Shown piece after piece: positions 52,037-60,817 of a DNA stretch of 64,000 bases (the first letter of the stretch is position 1; each line of letters opens with the position of its first letter). Origin of the DNA: Pseudomonadota bacterium (lineage in GTDB: Bacteria > Bdellovibrionota_B > Oligoflexia > Oligoflexales > CAIYRB01); the NCBI GenBank assembly GCA_031416315.1, contig JANOTL010000202.1, positions 1 to 64,000 of the forward strand. The letters run 5' to 3'. The position numbers and the translations under genes were made by a program. Below the pieces are notes generated by a model. That model did not search any database. It was not told the origin of the DNA and worked only from the letters and a program-made list of their open reading frames with translations.

Positions 52037-52399
52037 TCAGTGGGCCGGATTCTGGGTCTCCGATGCGCCTTCGCGGCGACGCAGCTTCGCCAGGGCGATG
52101 AGCTCCGACCCGATGGCGAGGATCTTGACGCGGCCCAGGCCCGAAAGCTCGATGAGCTCCTCTTGCGAGTCAGGAAAGAGCTCGCAAACGGTGAGCAGCT
52201 GCCGGTTGGTCATGACCTGATACGGCGGCAAGCCAACATCCTTCGCCATGCGGGTGCGCAAGAGGACAAGGTCGCGATAGAAGCGGCGCCGCGCCGGATC
52301 CAGGGCCGCCAAGCGGCGGGCCTCCTCGAAGCGCCATTCGAGGCTGCGGTCGAGGCGGGCGAGAGGACTGAGCTGTGGGACGGCTTCGAGGATGGACAT
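52037..52399 (-). CDS. Stand-alone HRDC-domain protein
   Basis: L..LR..MAK..GLPPYQV.....L......P....EL..LSGLG..K....G. Confidence 0.8.
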   Translation of the reverse strand: MSILEAVPQLSPLARLDRSLEWRFEEARRLAALDPARRRFYRDLVLLRTRMAKDVGLPPYQVMTNRQLLTVCELFPDSQEELIELSGLGRVKILAIGSELIALAKLRRREGASETQNPAH

Positions 52400-52501
52400 G
52401 CGGGCTCCGGCGTGAGGGGGCCGCGCGGAAATGCGCGGCGTCATGCGCGGAAGCTAGTGGGACGCGACGGCGCGGGGAAGCGACATCGCATGTCCGCTCG
52501 C

Positions 52502-53206
52502 TCAGGGAGCTGCTGGAGCCGCCGCGACCAAACCCGCATCCAAGAGCTCGTTGCCTTTCGCCACGAACGCCGCCGCATCCCACGCTGGATCCTGGACGGC
52601 AAAGCCGCGCGAGCCAGCATCCATCATGACCGAATAAGGCGTGGTCGCCGGCAAGACCTCAGAGGGCGTGCCGGGCGCGAAGAAGCTCCAGAGATCGCCG
52701 AAATCATCGTAGACCCACGCGGCGTTCTTCGCGACCTCGCGCTTCAGGCGGCGCTCGTCGTCGGTCGACAAATAGCCCATCGGATCGGTGACGACGACGA
52801 CTTGCAAGAGCGTCGACGCGAGGCCTTGCGCCTCGAGACCGGTAGCGACGCTTGCGATCCATTGCATGCAAGGAAAGCACGTGACGCTGGTGAATTGAAA
52901 GAGCGCGACCTCCTTCTTGCGATCCTTCAAGAGATCGCACATCGTGCGGACGCGGTTGCCCGACATGATGCGAAGCGAGTCCGCGGGCACGTGGCGCAGG
53001 TCGACCCCGGCTTCGGCCGCGGCTTCGTCCAATGCTAGTGCGGCTGGTGTCGCCGGCGCGCCGGAGCAGGTCACCGCGGCGACAAGGTCCGCGCCTTGGG
53101 CGACGCTTTTCCCCGTCGGCTTATCACGCGCGCTTTCCTCTGCGGCTCCGCAGGCCGCTAAGGCCGCGCCGAAAACGAGGAGGACGGTCGAAGAGAGTTT
53201 GTTCAC
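52502..53206 (-). CDS. Thioredoxin-fold (TlpA-like) CxxC lipoprotein
   Basis: LAAC lipobox, LFQFTSVTCFPC, TPYSVMMD; GTG overlaps upstream stop. Confidence 0.72.
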   Translation of the reverse strand: MNKLSSTVLLVFGAALAACGAAEESARDKPTGKSVAQGADLVAAVTCSGAPATPAALALDEAAAEAGVDLRHVPADSLRIMSGNRVRTMCDLLKDRKKEVALFQFTSVTCFPCMQWIASVATGLEAQGLASTLLQVVVVTDPMGYLSTDDERRLKREVAKNAAWVYDDFGDLWSFFAPGTPSEVLPATTPYSVMMDAGSRGFAVQDPAWDAAAFVAKGNELLDAGLVAAAPAAP

Positions 53207-54162
53207 GGTGCCTTCTCCAGATACGTGCCGTCGGCCCAGGCTTTGAAGAGATCTTTCTCGGCTTGGCCGAGCGCGCCACCCGCGCCTGCGGTCGGCATGG
53301 TCCCGGCCATGATGCGGACGAGGCTTCTGACGCCGCCCGCTTTCGCGGCCGCGAAGGTGTCGAGCGCGGGCGGGGTTCCGCCCGCGGCGTGACAGTTCGT
53401 GCAGTTGTTGGTTAGCAGGAGCTTGATGTCGTCGTTGTAGTTTACGACCTTCGGCGGCGCAGGAACGGGCACCGGTGCGGGCGCAGGCGCCGGAGCTGGC
53501 TCGGGGGCGGGCGCAGGCACCGGAGTGCCCGGAGCCGGGGTCGGGCCAGGAGCCGGCGCAGGAGCTCCAGGAGCCGGTGCAGGCTCCGGCGCCGGTGCCG
53601 GGGTGCCGTCGGCGGGCGCAGCGGGAGCGGCCACAACCGGCGCCTTCTTGCCGGGAGCCTGGCAGATCGCCTTCAGATCGTGCGGCAAGGACGCCGGCGC
53701 GGCCGTTGCTGGGCTCGTGCCGGTCGCCGGCACCACGGCGTCGACGGCGTTCTGCGCCATGCCCTGCTCGACCCATTGCGCGAACAGCTCTTGCTGCGCC
53801 GCGCCGAGCGCGGCGGCCGGCGGCATCGTGCCCGCTTTGATGCGGTTCAAGCTCGCCTCGCCCTCCGCCTCGAGGGCCGCGAAAGTCGACAGATCCGGCG
53901 ACACACCTTTCGGGTTGTGGCAGCTGACGCATTGCGCATCGACGACCGCCTTCACGCTCTCGTTGTAGCCGATGCCGCCGCCGTCGACCAATGCGGCCGC
54001 GGCATGCGTCTCGTAGCAGGCGAACTCCGCGTCGGTGAACTTCTTCGCCGCGACGGTGCCGTCGGCGCCGCCGCCTTGTTTCGCATCTTCTTTCGGCTCG
54101 AGCGGGGCGCAGGCTGCAGTCGTGATCACGGCCAGCGCGACGAGCGCGTTACGGAGCTTCAT
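53203..54162 (-). CDS. Di-heme cytochrome c lipoprotein
   Basis: TAAC lipobox; CVSCH and CTNCH, each followed by GTMP; Pro/Ala linker. Confidence 0.85.
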   Translation of the reverse strand: MKLRNALVALAVITTAACAPLEPKEDAKQGGGADGTVAAKKFTDAEFACYETHAAAALVDGGGIGYNESVKAVVDAQCVSCHNPKGVSPDLSTFAALEAEGEASLNRIKAGTMPPAAALGAAQQELFAQWVEQGMAQNAVDAVVPATGTSPATAAPASLPHDLKAICQAPGKKAPVVAAPAAPADGTPAPAPEPAPAPGAPAPAPGPTPAPGTPVPAPAPEPAPAPAPAPVPVPAPPKVVNYNDDIKLLLTNNCTNCHAAGGTPPALDTFAAAKAGGVRSLVRIMAGTMPTAGAGGALGQAEKDLFKAWADGTYLEKAP

Positions 54163-54297
54163 GGTCCATCCTCTAGTTGTCCGAGGTCCCGCGGGGGCTC
54201 GCTCGAAATCACTCGAAGGGGACTCGGTCGTATTGGCGAGCGCCTTTAGAAATTTGAATTGCGGACGCCATTTCGCGTACTTGCGGAGGCGAACGCC

Positions 54298-54329
54298 GAA
54301 GCCCCCGGCCAAAGGGCGCCGGGGGCTTC
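54298..54329. terminator. Hairpin downstream of the DUF4331 gene
   Basis: GAAGCCCCCGGC...GCCGGGGGCTTC; weak U tract. Confidence 0.5.
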
Positions 54330-54349
54330 GCGGATTTCTCGAGCTCAGC

Positions 54350-55858
54350 TCAAGGGCCGTAGGTCGGATAATCCACGTTGTGGAAATAAGAGCTGTGCGG
54401 CGCGTCGATGTACGGGAAGGCCGCGATCAAGCCGTTGGTCGTACCCCCTGGGGTCGCGTCGCCCGCAGTGACGAAGTCGTCGAGGAGGCAGTTCGCCGGG
54501 CTGAGGCCGACCGTCGGCGGTTCAACTTCACCGTACGGGTTAACCGGCGTGCCGGTGTTAGCCATCAGCTTCGTGCACTGTGCCAGGAAGGTGAGAGCGG
54601 CCTTGACGACGTCGTCTTTGAGCTGGCGGCCGGAGAGCGGCCACTCCTGGATGCCGAAGGCTTTGTTGACGCGGATCATATCGCCGGCGTTCTCGATCGA
54701 GCCCGGGATCTTGTTGATGTTCGGGAGGCCGTCGACGAAGGCGGCGACGAGGTCGGCGCGGCCGTCCTCTTTGATCGCGGTGATGAAGTTCGGCACGGTC
54801 GCGCCGGCGGCCCCGGCATATAGAAAGTTCAGCACATACGCGAGCTGCGGCTTCACGACGTAGCCGGCGTAATTCTTGGCGTCGTCCTTCGGCTCGGTGT
54901 TGTTGAACTTGTCCTTGTCGTTGATCTTGATCACGACCTCGTTGACGAGCGGGTTGCCCAGGCGCGAGACCTGGACGTAGCCGCCGCCGAAGATCGAGTC
55001 TTTGCCGCCCAAGCGCCAGATGCCGGCTTGCGGACGGCTCGCGGTGGCCCAGACGCCGAATTTGCCGCTCTCGCCGCCGAAGTCGGCGTCGGGAATGTCG
55101 AACGCGATGGTGAGGACGTTAGCGCCTTTGAGCGAATCACGCGGGTTGCCGGTGACGGGGCCGTCGCCCGGGACGACCTCGGGAATACGCGGACTGACGC
55201 GGTCGAAGACAGCGCCCAGATCGACGAAGAAGGGGTCGTTGCGCGGCCCGGCGAAGAAGTGCGAGGTGCCAACCGGCTGGATCGCGTTCGCGGCGAGGGA
55301 GTTGTATGCCGCGTACATCAGGGCGTGGTCGCCCTTGTTGGCGGCGCCGCCATCGGTCGTGTAAGGCCCGATGCGCGGCGGCGCGACCGGCAGACCCTTG
55401 GCGATCTCGGTCCGCGTTCCCGTGCGGCGGTTGCCGACGATCTTCGTAACTTTGTAGAGCTGCGACAGGGCGCCGCTGAACGAGCCGTTCGCGTACGTGA
55501 TGGCCGGGAAGTTCGCGACGATCAGCGCGTTCTCGCCCAGGCCCTTGTAGTCGGCCGTCTTGAACTCGAACTGATAGGTCGTGTCCTCGACGCCGTCGCC
55601 GTTGACGTCGATGTGCACTTCGTAGATCGCGTCGTCGGCGAAGCGATACCAGTTCGGGCCCGCGTACGCCTGGTAGGCGGGCGAGACGTTCAGGATGAAC
55701 GAGGTGTGGGTCGTCGGCTTCGCCGGAGTCGGGAAAACATAGAGGTCGGAGATGTCGACGGCCGGATCTTGGGAGATGGCCGGGGCCTCGCGGTGACTCG
55801 AGGCGAGAGCGACGCCGGCGGTGAGCGCGGTGGCGGCGACGAAGAGCTTCTGCAACAT
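54350..55858 (-). CDS. DUF4331 family secreted protein
   Basis: ASSHREAP, D.SDLYVF, FAGPRNDPFFVDL, QVSRLGNPLVNE, FPY. Confidence 0.9.
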   Translation of the reverse strand: MLQKLFVAATALTAGVALASSHREAPAISQDPAVDISDLYVFPTPAKPTTHTSFILNVSPAYQAYAGPNWYRFADDAIYEVHIDVNGDGVEDTTYQFEFKTADYKGLGENALIVANFPAITYANGSFSGALSQLYKVTKIVGNRRTGTRTEIAKGLPVAPPRIGPYTTDGGAANKGDHALMYAAYNSLAANAIQPVGTSHFFAGPRNDPFFVDLGAVFDRVSPRIPEVVPGDGPVTGNPRDSLKGANVLTIAFDIPDADFGGESGKFGVWATASRPQAGIWRLGGKDSIFGGGYVQVSRLGNPLVNEVVIKINDKDKFNNTEPKDDAKNYAGYVVKPQLAYVLNFLYAGAAGATVPNFITAIKEDGRADLVAAFVDGLPNINKIPGSIENAGDMIRVNKAFGIQEWPLSGRQLKDDVVKAALTFLAQCTKLMANTGTPVNPYGEVEPPTVGLSPANCLLDDFVTAGDATPGGTTNGLIAAFPYIDAPHSSYFHNVDYPTYGP

Positions 55859-55895
55859 AAGGAAACCTCCACGAGTAATTCTAAAAAACTTTTGT

Positions 55896-56282
55896 TTATT
55901 CAACGTCGGTCGCGACGACGTCGACTTTCGCGCCGCCCTCGAAATTCACCGCGGCGAGCTGCGCGCACAGCTTGGTCGCATGGGCGCGCGCTTCGTCGGC
56001 GTCGGCGATGCCAAGTGGCGCGATCTCCGAAGCGTCGACTCCGAAGCACTTCGCGAGCATGGCTTCCGCCGTCTCGACTACGGGCGTAACGGGGCCGGGA
56101 GCGGGAGCCGGGCCTGGCGCGGGACCGGGAGCAGGGCCCGGCTCAGGCGCGGTCGGCGTCGGCTTCTTCTTCGGCGTATCGTCCTTATCGTCCTTTTTCT
56201 TGCATGCACCGGCGTAGCTGACGGCTACACCTAAGACGAGAATCGAAGCAATCGACCTCGCCTTCGAGAGGGTGATCTTCAT
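55896..56282 (-). CDS. Small Pro-rich lipoprotein
   Basis: AGAC lipobox, (PAPG)n, C-terminal Cys pair. Confidence 0.7.
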   Translation of the reverse strand: MKITLSKARSIASILVLGVAVSYAGACKKKDDKDDTPKKKPTPTAPEPGPAPGPAPGPAPAPGPVTPVVETAEAMLAKCFGVDASEIAPLGIADADEARAHATKLCAQLAAVNFEGGAKVDVVATDVE

Positions 56283-56418
56283 GGGGACCTCATACGTAAA
56301 AGCACTCATCTACTGTCGACGAGCCCCGATGGTAACAGCTCGGACGCTGTACCGCTCGGTCGCATGAGATATTTATGGGTCGCCTGCGCACGCCTCGTTT
56401 ACGCTGCGCGCGACTTGA

Positions 56419-57627
56419 TCATGGAACGATAAACGTCCACGTCTGCGGCACGCCCGGCACGTTCATGGCCAAGGGCAATTGCGTGTCGACCAACATCCCC
56501 GTCAGGCGCCGCAGCCGCGAGTCGACGAAGAATTTCGTCGACGGCCGCAGGCCGAGCGAGTTGGTCACTTGCGCCCCACCGAAGTCGATCGCAAGCTCGT
56601 AGGCCAAGTCGCCGGTGAAGCCGGAGACGGCGCCGATGCGACGAAGAGACACAGTTCCGGTCAGCACGGTGCCGGCCGTAAGGCCAGAGACCGTGGAGGT
56701 GACGATGGTCGCCTTCACGCCGCTCCAGGTCTTGTCGGTCGCGAGCTCCGCGTCGAAGCGCTCCTTCGCCGCGCCGGCGAAGATTCCCGTCGGCAGCGGC
56801 GGGTCGAAGGTGACGTCGACTGAGCCCGCGCCCGTCTGCGTCGTCAATTTTCGGGCGCCGGCCACGGTGCAGACGATCTTCTCCCAACCGGCCGCGGGTG
56901 CGGCGACGGGCACGGCCTTGCCCGGCTCCAGACGCTCGTCGATCCTGACCAGCTCGGCCGAGCTCGAGCCGGCAGCGAGGTCGGTCGCCGTCTCGGCGCG
57001 CGTGATGGCGCGCTCGTTGTTGCCGGAGACGGCGAAGGACAGGCTCGAGACGCTGGCGGCGGTGGTGGAGCGTAGCGCGACGGTGGGCGTGACGATCAGC
57101 ATGTAGTCGACGGTGAACAAACCGCTCTTGATCTCGCCGGACTGCTGCTGCGGCGCACCGGCCGCGTTGGCGCTCAGGATCTCGAGCTCGGGGCGCTCGG
57201 TGTCGACGCCGCAGGCCTCCATCAACTTGGCGCGGGCGATCTCGCCCGACGGCTCGTCGTCGACCTCGTCGCCCGTAGCGCCGCCGTCGGGCGCCTCGGG
57301 ATCCGGGAGGCTACCGCCGTCGGGCGAGGGCGCCGGGGCCGGCGCCGGCGCGGGCGCCAATGGGGGCGGCGGCTCAGGGTCGCGCACGTTGCCGCCGTCC
57401 GCGTCAGGCTCGTCCTCGACTGGCTTCTTCTTCTTGTCCTTGGCTTTCTTCGCTTTGTCGTCGTCGTCATCGTCGTCGTCGGACGTGGCATCGTCGTCCG
57501 AGCCGGTGTCGTTCGGCACGGCGTTCCCGTAAAACGGCGAGGGGCTCGTGGGCGGCAGCGGCGCCGGCTCGGAGCCGCAAGCGGCGAGGGATAGTGGAAG
57601 GCCTAGGGCGTAAGCCAAAAGGCGCAT
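56419..57627 (-). CDS. Hypothetical lipoprotein with acidic/Pro-rich N-terminus
   Basis: GGAGG RBS, LAAC lipobox. Confidence 0.7.
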   Translation of the reverse strand: MRLLAYALGLPLSLAACGSEPAPLPPTSPSPFYGNAVPNDTGSDDDATSDDDDDDDDKAKKAKDKKKKPVEDEPDADGGNVRDPEPPPPLAPAPAPAPAPSPDGGSLPDPEAPDGGATGDEVDDEPSGEIARAKLMEACGVDTERPELEILSANAAGAPQQQSGEIKSGLFTVDYMLIVTPTVALRSTTAASVSSLSFAVSGNNERAITRAETATDLAAGSSSAELVRIDERLEPGKAVPVAAPAAGWEKIVCTVAGARKLTTQTGAGSVDVTFDPPLPTGIFAGAAKERFDAELATDKTWSGVKATIVTSTVSGLTAGTVLTGTVSLRRIGAVSGFTGDLAYELAIDFGGAQVTNSLGLRPSTKFFVDSRLRRLTGMLVDTQLPLAMNVPGVPQTWTFIVP

Positions 57628-57721
57628 GATTTTGTTCCTCCAGAAGACGTGCGTGCGGGCGAGCGAGATCGCCCATCAGGGGCCTCGGAGAAAGCTGGCG
57701 CTGCGCTTGAGCAAAAGAAAA

Positions 57722-57737
57722 AGAGAATCGATTCTCT
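57722..57737. promoter_or_regulatory. Perfect 16-bp palindrome, candidate operator
   Basis: AGAGAATCGATTCTCT in a divergent intergenic region. Confidence 0.5.
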
Positions 57738-57855
57738 CCGTCGTTCCTTGGCGTTGGAGCCCGCCCTGAGTGGGGTATTCACCGGCGAGACTTCGGCTCC
57801 GAGCCGAGCTCCGGCCGATTTCACGGCTAAGATGTAAGGGAAATGTGGAGGGTCC

Positions 57856-60786
57856 ATGCGCAAGACGGTTCTCGTGCTCACCTGCCTGACGGGCGCTTCC
57901 GGGCTGATCTACGAGGTGGTCTGGCAACGCTACCTGGCCAACCTCTTCGGCAGCCATGCGCGCGCGAGCGTCTTGATCCTCGCGGTGTTTCTCGGCGGGC
58001 TCGGGCTCGGCTATGCGGCCTTCGGACGCTTGAGCAAGGAGCGCGGCGCCGCCTCACTGCTGCGCGCCTACGGCCTCGCGGAGCTCGGGATCGCCGCTTG
58101 GGCTTTCGCGTTCCCGACCATGTTCGAGACGATCTGGGCCGCGGACGGCCTGCGCGCGGAACTGTCGTCTTTGGGCGCCTTCGGTGACGCGCTGCTCGCG
58201 GCGCTTTTAATCGGCGCGCCGACGGTGCTCATGGGGGGGACGCTGCCCCTCCTGACGCGCGCTCTGGCGCGGAATCTTCGCGATGCGACGCGTTTCCACG
58301 CGCACGTCTACGCGGTGAATACCGCAGGCGCCTGCCTCGGCGCCTTGGGCGCGGGCTTCGTCCTGATCCCGGCGTTCGGCCTGCCGCTCACCATGATGGG
58401 CGTCGCGGCGGTGAATGCCGCGACCGGCCTCGTCTTTCTCGCAATGGCGAGCGCCGTCACCGAGGCCGTTGAAGCGCCGGGCGTCGCGACCGCGTCCCCC
58501 GGCGAAAGCGCGAGCGAGACGGCGATGGGCGCGTGGCGTGCGTGCATGCTGGCATTTTTGGGCGGCGCGGTCTCGATCTGCCTGCAGACCGTGGTGATCC
58601 GCATCGTGGGGCTCAGCGTCGGCAGCTCTGAGTACGCGTTCTCGATGGTGGTCGCCGTTTTCATCGCGATGCTCGCCGCGGGCGCCGCAATCAAAGGGAG
58701 CGGCAAGAGTGGAGCGCTGCTCCGGAACCAAGGCGTCGTCATCCTCGGGCTGATCGTGCTCTACGCGAGCGTTCCGTACTGGCCGTGGGTCGCGCACCTC
58801 GCGCGCGCGACGTTCGCGTCGAACGGCATCGCCTTCTATGCCTACTATGCGGCCATTTTCCTGCTCCTGGCCGCGGTCCTCTCATTGCCGGTCGGCGCGC
58901 TCGGGCGCTCGATGCCCCTCCTTTTCGGCGCCGTGAATCGCCGCATTGGAAGCTCGGGAAACGAGGTGGGGCGGCTCTACGGCTGGAACACGCTGGGCTG
59001 CATCGCTGGGGCCACGCTCGGCGGCTATGTCGCGCTGCGCTTCGTGAACCTGGATGATGTCGCCCGCTTCTGCATCGCCCTCGCCACGCTCGCGGGAATG
59101 ATGATGATGACCGCGAAAGCGCGCCTTCTCGGGCCGGCCCTGGCCCTCGTCGGCGCGCTGCTCGCCGTCGTCTTTTTGCCGCCCTGGCCCGAGGACCATC
59201 TCGGCTTCGGGCTCTTTCGGCTGACGGCTTTGACCCCGAGCTCCCTCGACGGGGCGGAGGCCATGTACCGCGAGCGGAATGCGGGCCTCACCTATCTCTT
59301 CTATCGTGACGATCCCAACACGACGGTCGCGGTGACGGAGGCGGTCGAGCAGACGCGGCTCCAGGACGGGTTCTCGCGCTCGCTCGTGGTGAACGGAAAA
59401 TCGGACGGCTCGACGGGGGGCCCGGACCGGTACACGACCATCCTTTTGGGTCAGATTCCGGCACTCCTGCAGGAGTCGGGCTCCGATCGAGCGGCCGTCG
59501 TCGGCTTCGGGACGGGGCTCACCGTCGGGACCTTGAGCTTGCACGGCTGGGTTAAGACGATCGACGTCATCGAGATCTCGGAGGCCGTGCGCGACGCCGC
59601 GCCGCTTTTCGACGCGTCGAACCACGCGGCCTCGCGGCATCCGAAGGTGACCTGGCACTTGGACGACGCGTACCGGAAACTGGCGGCGTCGACCGAGCGC
59701 TACGGCGTCATCGTTTCGGAACCGTCGAATCCATGGGTGACGGGGGTCGAGCGGCTCTATACGCAGGAGTTTTACGCGCTGATGCGCCAGCGCCTAGCGG
59801 AAGGCGGCGTGTTCGCGCAGTGGTTTCACACTTACAGCGTGTCCGCGGATACGGTCGGCTTGGTGATCAACACGTTTGCGACGGTCTTTCCAGGGGTGCG
59901 CATCTTCTACACGAGCTCGGGCGATCTCTTGCTCCTCGGCTCCGCGAAGCGCCTCGGCACGAGCGCCGTGACGACGGCGGCGGCGCGGATGGCGGAGCCG
60001 GAGGTGCGCTCCGAGCTCTTGTCCCTGGAGATCGGCACCGTATCGGCGCTGCTCGGCTACGAGCTTTGGCTCGCGCCGGCGGCGTATGGCGAGCACGGGT
60101 TGCAGCTGCTCGATTTTCCGAAGCTCTCGCACCGCGCCGGGCGGGAGTTTTTTCAGCAGCTGACAGGGGACGCGCCGCGTTTGGCGGAGGCTCTGACGCT
60201 TCGGCCGTGGACGCGGGAAATGGCGGTGCGGACCTTGCTGCAGGAAAGCGGGCTACCTCTTCAGGAGGCGTTGCCGCAGATCTGCAACGTGCGCGCGGCG
60301 GACGTTTACAATCGCCTGGAGTCGCAGAGCTGGCAGTGCCGGTCGGCGGCGATGAGCTTGGCGATGACGGGCAAGGTCGATGCGGCCGCGGCAGGCGACG
60401 TGGCCGGAATCGTGCTCTGGCTCTCGGGGAAAGACGGCGGCACGGCGCCGGCGGATGCAACGCCCCGGTTGGCGCGGCGCTACATCGAGGCTTTTGCTGA
60501 CTATGAGTCCGCTTTGCTGCCGCTTTCCGCGGCACGCTTGGGGGAGGCGGCGGCGCCTTGCCTCGGGGCTTTGAGTGACGAGAACGTGTTTTGTCGTGGG
60601 CGTTATATCGTGGCTCTGGCGCTAGCAGGAGACGGTGATGGCGCGGCGCGCGAGATGAACCGGATGGTGGAAGAGGCGCGTGCAGGGAAACGGAAGTTGC
60701 CGCGGGTGATGCTTGGGGACATGCGGGAGGCGGTGGGGGGAGCGTTGCGGGCACGGGAATCGCGGAACGGCGCGGCGGCGCGATAA
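57856..60786 (+). CDS. Fused MFS-like membrane domain / spermidine synthase-like SAM-fold domain
   Basis: GLIYEVVW, YAVNTAG, NGKSDG, VGFGTG, IEIS, SEPSNPW. Confidence 0.9.
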   Translation: MRKTVLVLTCLTGASGLIYEVVWQRYLANLFGSHARASVLILAVFLGGLGLGYAAFGRLSKERGAASLLRAYGLAELGIAAWAFAFPTMFETIWAADGLRAELSSLGAFGDALLAALLIGAPTVLMGGTLPLLTRALARNLRDATRFHAHVYAVNTAGACLGALGAGFVLIPAFGLPLTMMGVAAVNAATGLVFLAMASAVTEAVEAPGVATASPGESASETAMGAWRACMLAFLGGAVSICLQTVVIRIVGLSVGSSEYAFSMVVAVFIAMLAAGAAIKGSGKSGALLRNQGVVILGLIVLYASVPYWPWVAHLARATFASNGIAFYAYYAAIFLLLAAVLSLPVGALGRSMPLLFGAVNRRIGSSGNEVGRLYGWNTLGCIAGATLGGYVALRFVNLDDVARFCIALATLAGMMMMTAKARLLGPALALVGALLAVVFLPPWPEDHLGFGLFRLTALTPSSLDGAEAMYRERNAGLTYLFYRDDPNTTVAVTEAVEQTRLQDGFSRSLVVNGKSDGSTGGPDRYTTILLGQIPALLQESGSDRAAVVGFGTGLTVGTLSLHGWVKTIDVIEISEAVRDAAPLFDASNHAASRHPKVTWHLDDAYRKLAASTERYGVIVSEPSNPWVTGVERLYTQEFYALMRQRLAEGGVFAQWFHTYSVSADTVGLVINTFATVFPGVRIFYTSSGDLLLLGSAKRLGTSAVTTAAARMAEPEVRSELLSLEIGTVSALLGYELWLAPAAYGEHGLQLLDFPKLSHRAGREFFQQLTGDAPRLAEALTLRPWTREMAVRTLLQESGLPLQEALPQICNVRAADVYNRLESQSWQCRSAAMSLAMTGKVDAAAAGDVAGIVLWLSGKDGGTAPADATPRLARRYIEAFADYESALLPLSAARLGEAAAPCLGALSDENVFCRGRYIVALALAGDGDGAAREMNRMVEEARAGKRKLPRVMLGDMREAVGGALRARESRNGAAAR

Positions 60787-60817
60787 AAAGCTCCGGCCGG
60801 CCGGAGCTCTCTTTTTT
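60785..60817. terminator. Bidirectional terminator
   Basis: AAAA-AGCTCCGGCCGGCCGGAGCT-CTCTTTTTT. Confidence 0.75.
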
